This document shows, one piece after another, positions 19,188 through 28,614 of a stretch of DNA of 50,741 bases (the stretch's first letter is position 1; each line of letters opens with the position of its first letter). The stretch lies in the NCBI GenBank assembly GCA_949295265.1, contig CASFKR010000001.1:1-50741 (forward strand). The letters run 5' to 3'. The translations under genes and the position numbers were made by a program. Under the pieces are notes generated by a model. It had not been told where the DNA came from and ran no database searches. It saw nothing but the letters and a program-made list of their open reading frames with translations. The stretch is from an uncultured Verrucomicrobiota bacterium. Lineage in GTDB: Bacteria > Verrucomicrobiota > Kiritimatiellia > RFP12 > UBA3636.

Positions 19188-19953
19188 CTTCTTCCTCGAT
19201 GCCCAGAGAATCTTTCTCGACCTTGACGTGGCGGGACTCGGCGATGCGGGCAATGCGGCCGTCGCTGATCCACACCATGCGGGAGGATACGGAGAGCATA
19301 TTGGGGTCGTGCGTCGCGCAAATTACGGTGACGCCGTCATTCTTGTTCAAATCGTGGAGCAGCCAGTGAATCTCCTTGCCGGTCTTGAGGTCGAGGTTGC
19401 CGGTCGGCTCGTCGCACAGGAGAATCGAGGGGTTGTTGGCAAGGGAGCGGGCGATGGCCACGCGCTGCATCTGACCGCCGGACATCTCTTTGGGGCGGTG
19501 ATTCCAGCGGGAGGCGAGCCCGACGCGGTCCAGCAGCGCCATGCCGCGGGCGCGCGCTTCGTCCGAGGAGACGCCGGCGAAGACCATCGGCAGGGTGACG
19601 TTTTCCAGCGCGGTCATGACCGTGTTGAGGTTGAACTGCTGGAAGACGTAGCCGATCTTGCGGCAGCGCAGGAAGGCGAGTTCCTCGGCGTTGAGCTGCG
19701 CCATGTCCACGCCGTCGATGAAGACGCGTCCCGACGTCGGGGTGTCGAGCCCGCCCACCATGTTGAAGAAGGTGGACTTGCCGGAGCCGGAGGGACCCAT
19801 GACGCAGATGTATTCGCCGCGATAGATGTTGAGCGTGATGCCGGCCAGCGCATGGACGGGCTCGGTGCCGCGCCAGAAGGTGCGCTTGATGTCGTGGACG
19901 GATACAAGGACTTCCTTGCCGACCGCGTATTCTGCTTCGTTAAAGGTAATCAT
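19180..19953 (-). CDS. ABC transporter ATP-binding protein, LolD/MacB/FtsE type
   Basis: GPSGSGKST, GYVFQQFNL, MSGGQMQRVAIARSL, CDEPTGNLD and ATHD. Overlaps the start of the giant gene. Confidence 0.95.
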   Translation of the reverse strand: MITFNEAEYAVGKEVLVSVHDIKRTFWRGTEPVHALAGITLNIYRGEYICVMGPSGSGKSTFFNMVGGLDTPTSGRVFIDGVDMAQLNAEELAFLRCRKIGYVFQQFNLNTVMTALENVTLPMVFAGVSSDEARARGMALLDRVGLASRWNHRPKEMSGGQMQRVAIARSLANNPSILLCDEPTGNLDLKTGKEIHWLLHDLNKNDGVTVICATHDPNMLSVSSRMVWISDGRIARIAESRHVKVEKDSLGIEEEDE

Positions 19954-19957
19954 GGTG

Positions 19958-21487
19958 TTATTCGACTCTCATGGCTTCCATGGGTGCCATACGGGAGGCG
20001 GACCAGGAAGGCTGGATGGAGGCCAGAGCCGCAAGCAGGATGCCGGCAGCCAGCGAGAAAAGGGCGGAAAAGATGATGTCGACCCCCGGGAAATAGGTCC
20101 AGAGATGCGCGCCGTACAGGATGGAGCAGCGGACGACCGAGATGAGGAAGCCGACCACGACGCCGATGACGCCGCCGGCCGCACCCTGCATCGCCGCTTC
20201 CATCATGAACTGCGAGAGGATGTACGCATCGGTCGCGCCCAGGCACTTCATCGTCGCAATTTCGCGATAGCGTTCGGTGATGGACATGAGCATCGCGTTG
20301 GTGATGCCGACCATGCAGACGAGGAACGAGATGAAGAGCAGGAAGAGCTGGCGGCCGGTCAGCCCGAGGAACGAGGGAATGGCGCGGGTGACCATGGCGA
20401 GCCGCTGGTTGAGCAAGGAGAGGCGGCTGACGCGCTCATACCGGTCGCTCATCTGCTGGAGCGTATCGCTGCTGAAAGAGCCTTCGAGGAGACGCACCGC
20501 GCGGCGGTCGGTGATGAACGCCATTTTTTCCTCTGCGGAGGAGCGCTTCGTTTCGTTGAACTGGCGTGCCCATTCCGTGCGGAAGCTGTTGCGGTTGAGG
20601 TGTTCGATGAGGTCCGAGTAGGTGTTGGACTCCGCCAGCTGTTCGCGCATGAGCTTCACATCCGCCTCGCTGAGCGTGAAGCCCAGCTCCGTCATCGAGC
20701 GGCGCCAGGCGTCGACGGCATCCGGTGCCGCCGCAGGAATCCAGCGGGCGTCGGAAATCTCCGTCTGACCGCCTTTGGCGAGGTCGGTCGCTTCGTTGGC
20801 GCGGGAAACGGCCGCATTCCAGCGGCGGTTGAAGTCGGTGAGTTCCGTCTTGTAGGCCGGATAGGCGGCCAGGAAGGCGTCGAGGGACTCAATCTTGCCG
20901 GGCACGCGAATCTCGATCTTGATCTTGAGCTGCTCGTGGAAGGAGTCCGAGGTCTCGAGAATGTAGTTGAGGGCGGCACGGCCGGACCGCTTGCCGATCA
21001 GGTTGAGGCGGTGCCCGGTGGGAAGCCCGTCGAGCCAGGTCGTGTAGGTGGCTTCCTGGAGCGCCAGCTGCGCCAGGCGCGAAACTTCCTCCACGGGAAG
21101 CCCGGTGACGTGCGCGGCTTCCTCGATTTCCGCCTGCCCCGCAGCGCGTTTGTGCGCATCCTTGCCGTTCACCTTGCGGGCGGCATCCGCGAGGCGGCGG
21201 ACCGTGGTGTTTTCCTGGGCGTGGGAAAGCAGGCGCGTCAGCGTTGTCTGCGCAAAACGCGCGTGCGCATCTTCGTCCATCACGCCCCCGGCAACGGAGC
21301 GCTGGAAGATGCTCTCGGAGAGCAGGAACATGAAGAAGGCGACGGCCAGCACAACGACGGCCAGCGTCAGCATGGAGCGGAAAAGCCGATGCTTGACGCC
21401 GCGCACGCACAATGTCCAGGTTTCACGCAGGGACATCGTGTGCTGCTTCTGGACATCAATTTCGCGGTAAACGGAGGAATTGCTCAT
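19958..21487 (-). CDS. FtsX/MacB-like ABC permease
   Basis: N-terminal TM RSMLTLAVVVLAVAFFM, a ~330-aa extracytoplasmic region, GITNAMLMSITERYREIATMKCLGA and C-terminal ASRMAPMEAMRVE. Confidence 0.92.
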   Translation of the reverse strand: MSNSSVYREIDVQKQHTMSLRETWTLCVRGVKHRLFRSMLTLAVVVLAVAFFMFLLSESIFQRSVAGGVMDEDAHARFAQTTLTRLLSHAQENTTVRRLADAARKVNGKDAHKRAAGQAEIEEAAHVTGLPVEEVSRLAQLALQEATYTTWLDGLPTGHRLNLIGKRSGRAALNYILETSDSFHEQLKIKIEIRVPGKIESLDAFLAAYPAYKTELTDFNRRWNAAVSRANEATDLAKGGQTEISDARWIPAAAPDAVDAWRRSMTELGFTLSEADVKLMREQLAESNTYSDLIEHLNRNSFRTEWARQFNETKRSSAEEKMAFITDRRAVRLLEGSFSSDTLQQMSDRYERVSRLSLLNQRLAMVTRAIPSFLGLTGRQLFLLFISFLVCMVGITNAMLMSITERYREIATMKCLGATDAYILSQFMMEAAMQGAAGGVIGVVVGFLISVVRCSILYGAHLWTYFPGVDIIFSALFSLAAGILLAALASIQPSWSASRMAPMEAMRVE

Positions 21488-21529
21488 AGCAGAGGTGAAA
21501 AGGGAGGCGGAGGCGCGAACGGAAATCGA

Positions 21530-23734
21530 TTAGCCGGGCATGTACCAGACGCGGTTGGGCGAGGGCGACCCGACAATCAGGTAGTAGGCGAAGTCCACGA
21601 TAATCGTGAGACCGATCAGCAGGATTTCACCGGCAATGATGCCGACGAACAGCGGCTTGCACCGCTGATAGACGCCACCACCGCCAAACCGGACAACGAG
21701 AACCTTGATGAACCACCCGAAGAAGAACGAAGCCGCCGCGCAGCCCGCCGGATAGGAACCCCAGATGAGGAACAGAATCGGGTGAATCGGGAATTTCGCG
21801 AAGCGGAACCGGATCAGGGATACGGCCATCACCGCGAGGAGCCCGTAGAAGAAGAAGTGTGTATGGATGGCATTGCCCGCAATGAGCTGGAGGCGGGCAA
21901 GCGGACCGGACTCGAGCGAGGTCTCGAAGGTGCCGGCCGCCTTCATGTCCATGAAGTGGCGCGCCGTCTGGTCGAGCCCCGTGACCGGCGGGTTGTTGGA
22001 CGCCCAGCTGTCATTCATCGGGTTGTAGTTGTAGGTCGACCATGCGGCGGCGAACCATCCGATGACCATCGCAAGGAGCGCGGCCGCGCAAATCCAGCCG
22101 AAGACCTTTTTGAGGTTGATTTTGTGGTCTTCCGCAATCTTGGCGCCCGTCCCGACGTAGGCGATGAGCGCCTCACGGGGGTCCTGCACAAAGATCGAGT
22201 TGCCGCCCCAGTTGAGGAAGGTGAGGGCATGCGGACCGATGGCGGCCGGACCCAGCAGGGAGACGAGCAGCGTGCCCGGCGTCCAGGCGGGCTGCAGGAA
22301 CGGGATGCCCGTTTCGCACACGATGCGGGAGAACACCGTGTAGAGCATGAAGAGGATGAGCGAGAAGAGCAGCGCAATCAGCCACGACTGGCAAATCCAC
22401 GAGAGGATGCAGACGAAGGCGATGAAGGTCACGATGAGGGTGCGTGCCGCCAGCACGGAGACCTCATCGGGCGCCGCCAGTTCTTCGGCGGCGGAATCTT
22501 CTTCGCCCGCCTTGGCCTTCCGGCGGATTTTCAGCCGGAGGGCGCGCGCAAACACGGCCAGGTAATATGAGCGGCCCGTGTAAAGCAGGATCAGCATGAA
22601 GCCCATGTACGCGCCGCCGCGCATGGCTTCCATCGTCTGCCCCTGCATCAGCGAACCGGTCGTCTGGTAGAACAGAATCGTGAAGATGGCCAGCAGCACC
22701 TGGGAGAGGCCGACGGTCAGCGCAATTTCGGAGCTGACGAAGTAGGCAATGCCGATGAAGGTGAAGTAAATCGTGGCACCCGAAAGCGACCAGTAATTGA
22801 TGGCTTTCTTGATGATGGGCATGTGCGTGTGCAGCGGCAGGTTCCAGCCCTTGAGGTTGGGCAGGAATTCCTGCATCGCAGGGAGGCTCTCCGGGTACCA
22901 TTTGGCGAGGTAATCGATGAGGAGCAGCAGGAAAACCGGAATGACGCCCCACCAGAACAGGCGGTTGCGGAAGATGTCCGGCACCCCGTGGTGCGGGGTC
23001 GTCATGCGCGCGAACTGGCCGGTCACCTGCGCAATCGGGTACGCCAGCTGTTCGTGGGAAGCCCACTGACGGTGTACGAGGAACTGGGTCGAAATCATGA
23101 CGAACACAAACATCGTCAGAATCGGCCCCCAAATCAGCATCGGCTTAATCCAGGCGCGCAGCGGGAGCTCCAGAATCGAGAGCGTCTCCGTGCCGCGGGC
23201 CATGCCGGTGAAGAAGCCGCGGTATACCTCTTCGTACGCCGGGGTCGAAAGGGCCATCGGATCGCCCGGCCACGGGGACGGGAAGAGCTCCGGCCGCAGA
23301 TATTCGGTGAGCAGACCGTGGAGTTCCCAGTTCTGGTGGTTCGGGAGGAAGTACCACGGCATCATGATCTGCGTATGGAAATACCGGTACAGACCCGAAG
23401 TCGGCGCCCAGCAGGCGACCAGCGTCATGATGATGACGAACGCAAGCTCACGCGCGGAAAGCGCCAGCCGGTCCGCCAGCCGGTGCTCTTTCTTGAGAAG
23501 GCGGTCCAGCAGATTCCAGAAACCGTTCCAGCCAAGACCGACCAGGAAGAAGTAGAAGAAGGGACCGGGGGGGATCTGGTGCCCGATCATGTACGTCCCT
23601 TGAAGGACCGTATCATGGAATTTGGCCGTTCCGGCAATAAACAGGATCCCGAGAAGGCTGAAAATCAGCGAACGGGGGCTGATGAACCTGTCTTTTTTCG
23701 GTTGGGCATCAGGAGTCTGTTCCGTAGTCGTCAT
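21530..23734 (-). CDS. DUF6785/DUF6784-like polytopic membrane protein (OPT-related), paralog A
   Basis: 734 aa with many TMs, RQWASHEQLAYPI, PIHPILF and RFGGGGVYQRCKPLFVG. The family assignment is from memory. Confidence 0.8.
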   Translation of the reverse strand: MTTTEQTPDAQPKKDRFISPRSLIFSLLGILFIAGTAKFHDTVLQGTYMIGHQIPPGPFFYFFLVGLGWNGFWNLLDRLLKKEHRLADRLALSARELAFVIIMTLVACWAPTSGLYRYFHTQIMMPWYFLPNHQNWELHGLLTEYLRPELFPSPWPGDPMALSTPAYEEVYRGFFTGMARGTETLSILELPLRAWIKPMLIWGPILTMFVFVMISTQFLVHRQWASHEQLAYPIAQVTGQFARMTTPHHGVPDIFRNRLFWWGVIPVFLLLLIDYLAKWYPESLPAMQEFLPNLKGWNLPLHTHMPIIKKAINYWSLSGATIYFTFIGIAYFVSSEIALTVGLSQVLLAIFTILFYQTTGSLMQGQTMEAMRGGAYMGFMLILLYTGRSYYLAVFARALRLKIRRKAKAGEEDSAAEELAAPDEVSVLAARTLIVTFIAFVCILSWICQSWLIALLFSLILFMLYTVFSRIVCETGIPFLQPAWTPGTLLVSLLGPAAIGPHALTFLNWGGNSIFVQDPREALIAYVGTGAKIAEDHKINLKKVFGWICAAALLAMVIGWFAAAWSTYNYNPMNDSWASNNPPVTGLDQTARHFMDMKAAGTFETSLESGPLARLQLIAGNAIHTHFFFYGLLAVMAVSLIRFRFAKFPIHPILFLIWGSYPAGCAAASFFFGWFIKVLVVRFGGGGVYQRCKPLFVGIIAGEILLIGLTIIVDFAYYLIVGSPSPNRVWYMPG

Positions 23735-23882
23735 TGGGAGGAGTCTTTAAACCTGTGGCAGGTTATGAAAAACGTACGGCCTGAGAATAGCAAAAAACCG
23801 CTCTCAATACAAGGAAAAGCGTGAAATCACGCCTTTGTTCTGTGCCTGTGCATGAAAGAATACAGCGTTCCATTTTGCCCGT

Positions 23883-23899
23883 TTCGCAACAGTTGCGAA
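23883..23899. promoter_or_regulatory. Palindromic operator candidate TTCGCAAC-A-GTTGCGAA
   Basis: Perfect 8-1-8 palindrome in an AT-rich intergenic region. The core GCAACNGTTGC recurs at 24028-24038. Confidence 0.5.
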
Positions 23900-24195
23900 G
23901 TCGGATGAGAATGAATGAGAAGCAACGGCATCCAACCGTCATACCGAAAAGTCGCTAATTGACAGGAAAATACGGAAACCGGAGGGTTCGAAATGAAACG
24001 GAAGCGGCAGGAGTTTTCATACCGGTTGCAACCGTTGCGGAACTGTTCGATTCCGGTTGAAAAAATGTAAGGTGTGTTAGTTTGTATGCAGGGTGTTCAG
24101 GGGTTCAATGAGGACTGCGGGAAAGAAAAAGTGTGAAAATATTTGCGTCACGGAGGCGGATGTGCACCTCCGTGATGCGGACAAAAGAACACGGA

Positions 24196-26382
24196 TCAAC
24201 CGGGCATGAACCAGATGCGGACGGGTGACTGCGATCCGGTTGCCAGGTAGTATGCGAAGTCCATCGCAATCGTGATGCCGATGACGAGAATCTCGCCGGC
24301 AATCAAGCCCACAAAGAGGGGTTTGCATTTCTGGTAGACCCCGCCGCCGCCGAAGCGGACCACCAGCTGCTTGATGAACCACCCGATCAGGAAGGAGGCC
24401 CAGGCGCAGTTGGAGGGGTAGGAGCCCCAGATCAGGAAGAGAATCGGATGGATCGGGAAACCCGCAAACCGGAACCGGAGCAGCGAGACGGCCAGCACCG
24501 CCAAAAAGCCGTACAGGAAGAAATGCTGCTGCAGGGAACTGCCCGCAATCATGCCGAGGCGCTCCACCGGGTTGGTCGCCAGCGATGTTTCAAACGTGTT
24601 CGCCGCCTTCATGTCCGAGAAGAAGCGCGCCGCCTGATTGAGCTCGGCGCGCGGCGGACTCCCGGCGGCATAGCCGTCGTTCATCGGACTGTAATTGTAG
24701 GTCGACCAGAATGCGGCAAACCAGCCGATAATCAGCGCCAGAATGGCGATTCCGCAAATCCAGACGAAGATTTTCTTCAGGTTGAGCCGGTTGTCATCGG
24801 CGAGTTTCACGCCGTTGGCCACATAGCCGATGAGCGATTCGCGCGGATCGGGCGTGAAGATGCCGTTGCCGGCCCAGCAGAAGAACGTCAGGGCATGCGG
24901 ACCGATGGCGGCCGGACCCAGCAGATACAGCAGTATGTTGGTCGGCTGCCAGGCTGGCGCCAGGAAGGGAATGCCCGATTCGCACAGAATGCGGGAGAGG
25001 ACCGTGTAGAGCAGGAAGAGCAGCAGCGAGTAGAAGATGGCCATCAGCCACGACTGGCACATCCACGAGAGCAGGCAGACGAAGCAGACGAACGCAACAA
25101 GCAGGGTGCGCGCCGCCAGAACGGAGACGTCGTCCGGTTCCGCCAGCGTTTCCGTTTCATCGTCCCCGGCCGGAACTCGCCGTTTCCGCCGGAGATAGAA
25201 CGCCCGCGCCAGAACCGCGCGGTAGTACGTACGCCCCGTGTAGAGCAGAATCAGGGAGTAGCCGAAATAGGCGCCGCCCCGCATGCATTCATGCGCCGAC
25301 CACGGCAGGAGAATGCCGTTGACCTGGTAGAACAGAATCGAGAAAACGGTCATCAGAATGCAGGAAAGCCCGACCGTGAGCGAGATTTCCGAACTGACAA
25401 AGTAGGCGATGCCGACAAAGGTAAAGTAAATGGCCCACCCCTGAATCGACCAGTAGTTGACCGACTTTTTGAGAATCGGTATGTGGTTCGTCATCGGAAG
25501 CCAGCCGCCTTTGATGTTCGGCAGGAAACTGGACAGGCTCGGAACCGCTTCCGGATACCATTTCGACAGGTATTCGATGAACAGCAGCGTGAAAACCGGG
25601 ATGACGCCCCACCAGAACAGCCGGTTGCGGAAGATGTCCGGCAGTGTATGGTGCCCCGAGGTCATGCGCGCAAACTGCCCCGTCACCTGCACAATCGGGT
25701 AGGCAAGCTGTTCGTGGGAAGCCCACTGGCGGTGCACGAGGAACTGGATGGAGGTGAGCACCAGCGCGAAGAGCGTCAGAATCGGACCCCAGATGAGCAT
25801 GGGCTGCACCCAGGCGCGGAGCGGCATCTCCAGAATGGAAATGGCTTCCCGCCCGGTGGCCAAGCCAGTGAAGAAGCCGCGGTAAACCTGCTCATACGCG
25901 CGCGTGTCGATGTTTTCCGCGCCGGGCCACGGCGTGGGGAAGAGTTCCGGGCGCAGATATTCGGTGAGCAGCGAGTGTATCTCCCAGTTGTGCTGGTTGG
26001 GGAGGTAATACCACGGCATCATGATCTGCGTGAAGAAGTACCGGAACATGCCCGAGGTCGGGGTCCAGCACGAAACCAGCGTCACGATGATGACAAACGC
26101 CATCTCCTTTGAGGAGAGTGCAAACAAATCCGCCAGACGGTGTCGCTTGCGGAGTATCCGGTCCAGCAGATTCCAGAAGCCGTTCCACCCCAGTCCGATC
26201 AGGAAGAAGTAGAAAAACGCACCCGCCGGCAACTGGTTGCCGACGATGTACGTGCCTTGCAGCACCATGTCGTGGAAGCGCGCCGTCCCGGCAATGAAGA
26301 AGACGCCCAGCAGGCCGAAAATGAGCGAGCGAAGGCTCAGAAAGCGATTTGATTTTGCCCGGAAGCCAACATCCGTTTCCAT
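24196..26382 (-). CDS. DUF6785/DUF6784-like polytopic membrane protein (OPT-related), paralog B
   Basis: 728 aa, colinear with 21530..23734 and sharing long identical blocks (PDIFRNRLFWWGVIPVF, LLGPAAIGPHALTF). Confidence 0.8.
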   Translation of the reverse strand: METDVGFRAKSNRFLSLRSLIFGLLGVFFIAGTARFHDMVLQGTYIVGNQLPAGAFFYFFLIGLGWNGFWNLLDRILRKRHRLADLFALSSKEMAFVIIVTLVSCWTPTSGMFRYFFTQIMMPWYYLPNQHNWEIHSLLTEYLRPELFPTPWPGAENIDTRAYEQVYRGFFTGLATGREAISILEMPLRAWVQPMLIWGPILTLFALVLTSIQFLVHRQWASHEQLAYPIVQVTGQFARMTSGHHTLPDIFRNRLFWWGVIPVFTLLFIEYLSKWYPEAVPSLSSFLPNIKGGWLPMTNHIPILKKSVNYWSIQGWAIYFTFVGIAYFVSSEISLTVGLSCILMTVFSILFYQVNGILLPWSAHECMRGGAYFGYSLILLYTGRTYYRAVLARAFYLRRKRRVPAGDDETETLAEPDDVSVLAARTLLVAFVCFVCLLSWMCQSWLMAIFYSLLLFLLYTVLSRILCESGIPFLAPAWQPTNILLYLLGPAAIGPHALTFFCWAGNGIFTPDPRESLIGYVANGVKLADDNRLNLKKIFVWICGIAILALIIGWFAAFWSTYNYSPMNDGYAAGSPPRAELNQAARFFSDMKAANTFETSLATNPVERLGMIAGSSLQQHFFLYGFLAVLAVSLLRFRFAGFPIHPILFLIWGSYPSNCAWASFLIGWFIKQLVVRFGGGGVYQKCKPLFVGLIAGEILVIGITIAMDFAYYLATGSQSPVRIWFMPG

Positions 26383-26520
26383 GATGGAGAGAATAAAATA
26401 AGGTTGCCGTCCTGAGGTGCGGCTGGATTGGTGCGCCTTCGGGAGAAGTTCAGAAAGTTACACTTTTCCGCAGCCGTTTGACGGGGTCTATTGTAGTCGC
26501 AAGGGAGTTTGACTGCAAGC

Positions 26521-26564
26521 AAAATTCTGATTTTCTTCGGAAAGTCGGAAAAAATCAGAATTTT
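26521..26564. terminator. Long AT-rich inverted repeat (terminator or operator)
   Basis: AAAATTCTGATTTT ... AAAATCAGAATTTT, a 14-bp perfect stem 20 nt after the isomerase stop. Confidence 0.5.
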
Positions 26565-26584
26565 CCGTGGCGCTGAGGGTGGTC

Positions 26585-27361
26585 TCACCGATTGAAGGTG
26601 TCGTTCAAAATGGTGTAAATTTTGCGCAATCCAGCCGGAGATTTGTCATCGATGGAGCTTTCAATGGAGAGCGTGTCGTTGTATCCGGAGGCGCGGACGG
26701 CATCGGCAAAGGGCGTAAAATCGCAGGGTTCATCGCCGGGGGCTTTGCGCTGGGCGGTTGTGGCCAGGTGGAGGTTGCGGATGAGGTCGCCGTTGCGGAT
26801 GATGGCTTCAGGAGAATCCTGTTCCGTCGCCCAGTGATAGCCGTCCACGAGAATGCGCACCGCCGGGGAATCGACCGCACGGACGAGCCGCGCGCATTCG
26901 TCCACCGTGTTGAGCATATTGGTTTCCGCGGCGCGCAGATTTTCAACGACGAGCGTGACGCCCACCAGTTCCGCAACGGGTGCCACGCCGCGCACGAAGG
27001 CGGTAAGCTGTTCGAATGCCTTTTCCAGGGGCCACCCGTCCGGTGATTTGCGGGACCAGCCGGAACCGAAGGTGACGGTGCGGATGCCCAGCGTCGCTGC
27101 GCGCCGCAGCGCCGTCGACGTGTAGTGAATCGCCTTTTCGGTCATGGCTTCCGGACCGCACAGCGCGTAATCACCCGGCAGCAGGCAGGTGAGATTGCGA
27201 ATGGCAATGGGGAGAGAAAAAATCTCCAGCGAGCGGGCTTGGAAAACGGGATCGGGCTCTTTGGGGCAGACCGCCCATTCCACGGTTGCGTCAAGGTAGT
27301 CAAATCCGGCTTCTGCGGCGGCATTCGCGAGTTCGGGTCCTGAGCAAATTCCGAAGATCAT
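26585..27361 (-). CDS. Sugar phosphate isomerase/epimerase (xylose-isomerase-like TIM barrel)
   Basis: AGFDY, TFGSGWSR, LVVENL...ETN, LVDGYH, NLHLA and LSIE. Confidence 0.88.
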   Translation of the reverse strand: MIFGICSGPELANAAAEAGFDYLDATVEWAVCPKEPDPVFQARSLEIFSLPIAIRNLTCLLPGDYALCGPEAMTEKAIHYTSTALRRAATLGIRTVTFGSGWSRKSPDGWPLEKAFEQLTAFVRGVAPVAELVGVTLVVENLRAAETNMLNTVDECARLVRAVDSPAVRILVDGYHWATEQDSPEAIIRNGDLIRNLHLATTAQRKAPGDEPCDFTPFADAVRASGYNDTLSIESSIDDKSPAGLRKIYTILNDTFNR

Positions 27362-27537
27362 AGGAGACGCGTGTCTGGTTGGCTCCGCAACGGGAACGGA
27401 AGGTTGCGGATTTTATGTGAGGTTGGTTTGAGGATTTGTCTCTCCCTTGGACCGTTCACTGGCAGCCCAATGGTTCCATTCCGCAAATAGCTTACCGGAT
27501 TCCGGCTCCGCAGACAACCGAAAGCTGTGCGAAAATC

Positions 27538-27572
27538 AAAAAAAGCCCCGCACGGAAGAATCCGGGCGAGGC
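27538..27572 (-). terminator. Intrinsic terminator downstream of punA
   Basis: Minus-strand hairpin GCCTCGCCCGGA-TTCT-TCCGTGCGGGGC followed by T7. Confidence 0.6.
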
Positions 27573-27600
27573 GATCGTGCGTTTTCAGGCGGCTGCCGGC

Positions 27601-28434
27601 TCAGCGGGCGGCCGTGAAGCGGTCGATGAAGTCCAGGAGGAGGCGCCCCAGCCGTCCGCTGTGCGCCCGGGCACAGTCGACGACGTCATTGCCGTCGAGT
27701 GCCTCTGCAGAAATGCCCGCCGCCAGATTGGAGACGAAGGAGACCCCGGCAACCTGCATGCCCAGCGCCGAGGCGACCATCGCTTCGGGAACCGTGGACA
27801 TGCCGACCAGATCCGCTCCCAGAATCCCGTAGGCGCGAATTTCCGCCGGGGTTTCGTAGGTCGGACCTGAGGAGAGCACATACACGCCTTCCGTCAGTTC
27901 GAGCCCCTGGCAACGCGCCGCTTCGTGGAGCAGGGTGCGCAAGGCGGGCGTGTAGACCGCCGACTGATCGGGGAAGCGGGGACCGAAGGCGGGATTATGG
28001 GGACCGCGCAACGGGCTGAGCGGGGAGAGGCGGATGTGGTCTTTGAGAATCACGATGTCGCCCGGTTTGAGGCCGGGGCGGATGCCGCCCGCCGCATTGG
28101 TGACGAGGAGGGTGCCGCATCCGAGGCGGTGGGACAGCACGGCCGGCATGACGACCGTTTCCCACTCGCAGCCCTCATACCAGTGGCGGCGGCCGCACCA
28201 GCAGAGAAGGCGCGCGCCTGACGCCGTTTCGCAGAGGCGGAGCGTACCGGCGTGGCTGACAACCGTGGCGCCGCCCAGATTCGGAATATCGGCATAGGAG
28301 ACTTCGCAAACGGTTTTCAGCGCGCCTTCCGGAAGCTGCCAGCCGGAGCCCAATTGCACGGCGAGGACCGGGTGCTTTTCGCGGAAAACGGGCGGGAGCG
28401 CCTGCAGCGCTTCCTGAAACAGAAGATCATTCAT
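27601..28434 (-). CDS. punA: Purine-nucleoside phosphorylase (trimeric PNP-I type)
   Basis: QLGSGW, GRRHWYEG, TNAAGG, GPTYETPAE, VGMSTVPE and SNLAAG. Start taken at MNDLL. Confidence 0.92.
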   Translation of the reverse strand: MNDLLFQEALQALPPVFREKHPVLAVQLGSGWQLPEGALKTVCEVSYADIPNLGGATVVSHAGTLRLCETASGARLLCWCGRRHWYEGCEWETVVMPAVLSHRLGCGTLLVTNAAGGIRPGLKPGDIVILKDHIRLSPLSPLRGPHNPAFGPRFPDQSAVYTPALRTLLHEAARCQGLELTEGVYVLSSGPTYETPAEIRAYGILGADLVGMSTVPEAMVASALGMQVAGVSFVSNLAAGISAEALDGNDVVDCARAHSGRLGRLLLDFIDRFTAAR

Positions 28435-28614
28435 CGTGGAACCAGCCTTTCGGCGAAGTGTGCCGCCGAACCCGGAGGCGAAGCGGAAGAAACGGGGTTG
28501 ACCTGCGGCGTACGGTGCCAAAGCGTCCCCTGTCGCGTAGAGGGTACCATAAAAACGGAACTTCGTCCGCGGAAGGATACCAGGTGCGCCCGGTTGCCGG
28601 GCGAGGCTGCGCGG

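Noticed and set aside
11796-26112. Long + strand ORFs opposite the transport cluster (702, 689, 1076, 914 and 554 aa)
   Set aside because: Antisense shadows of well-supported minus-strand genes, with Arg/Gly-rich composition and no recognisable motifs.
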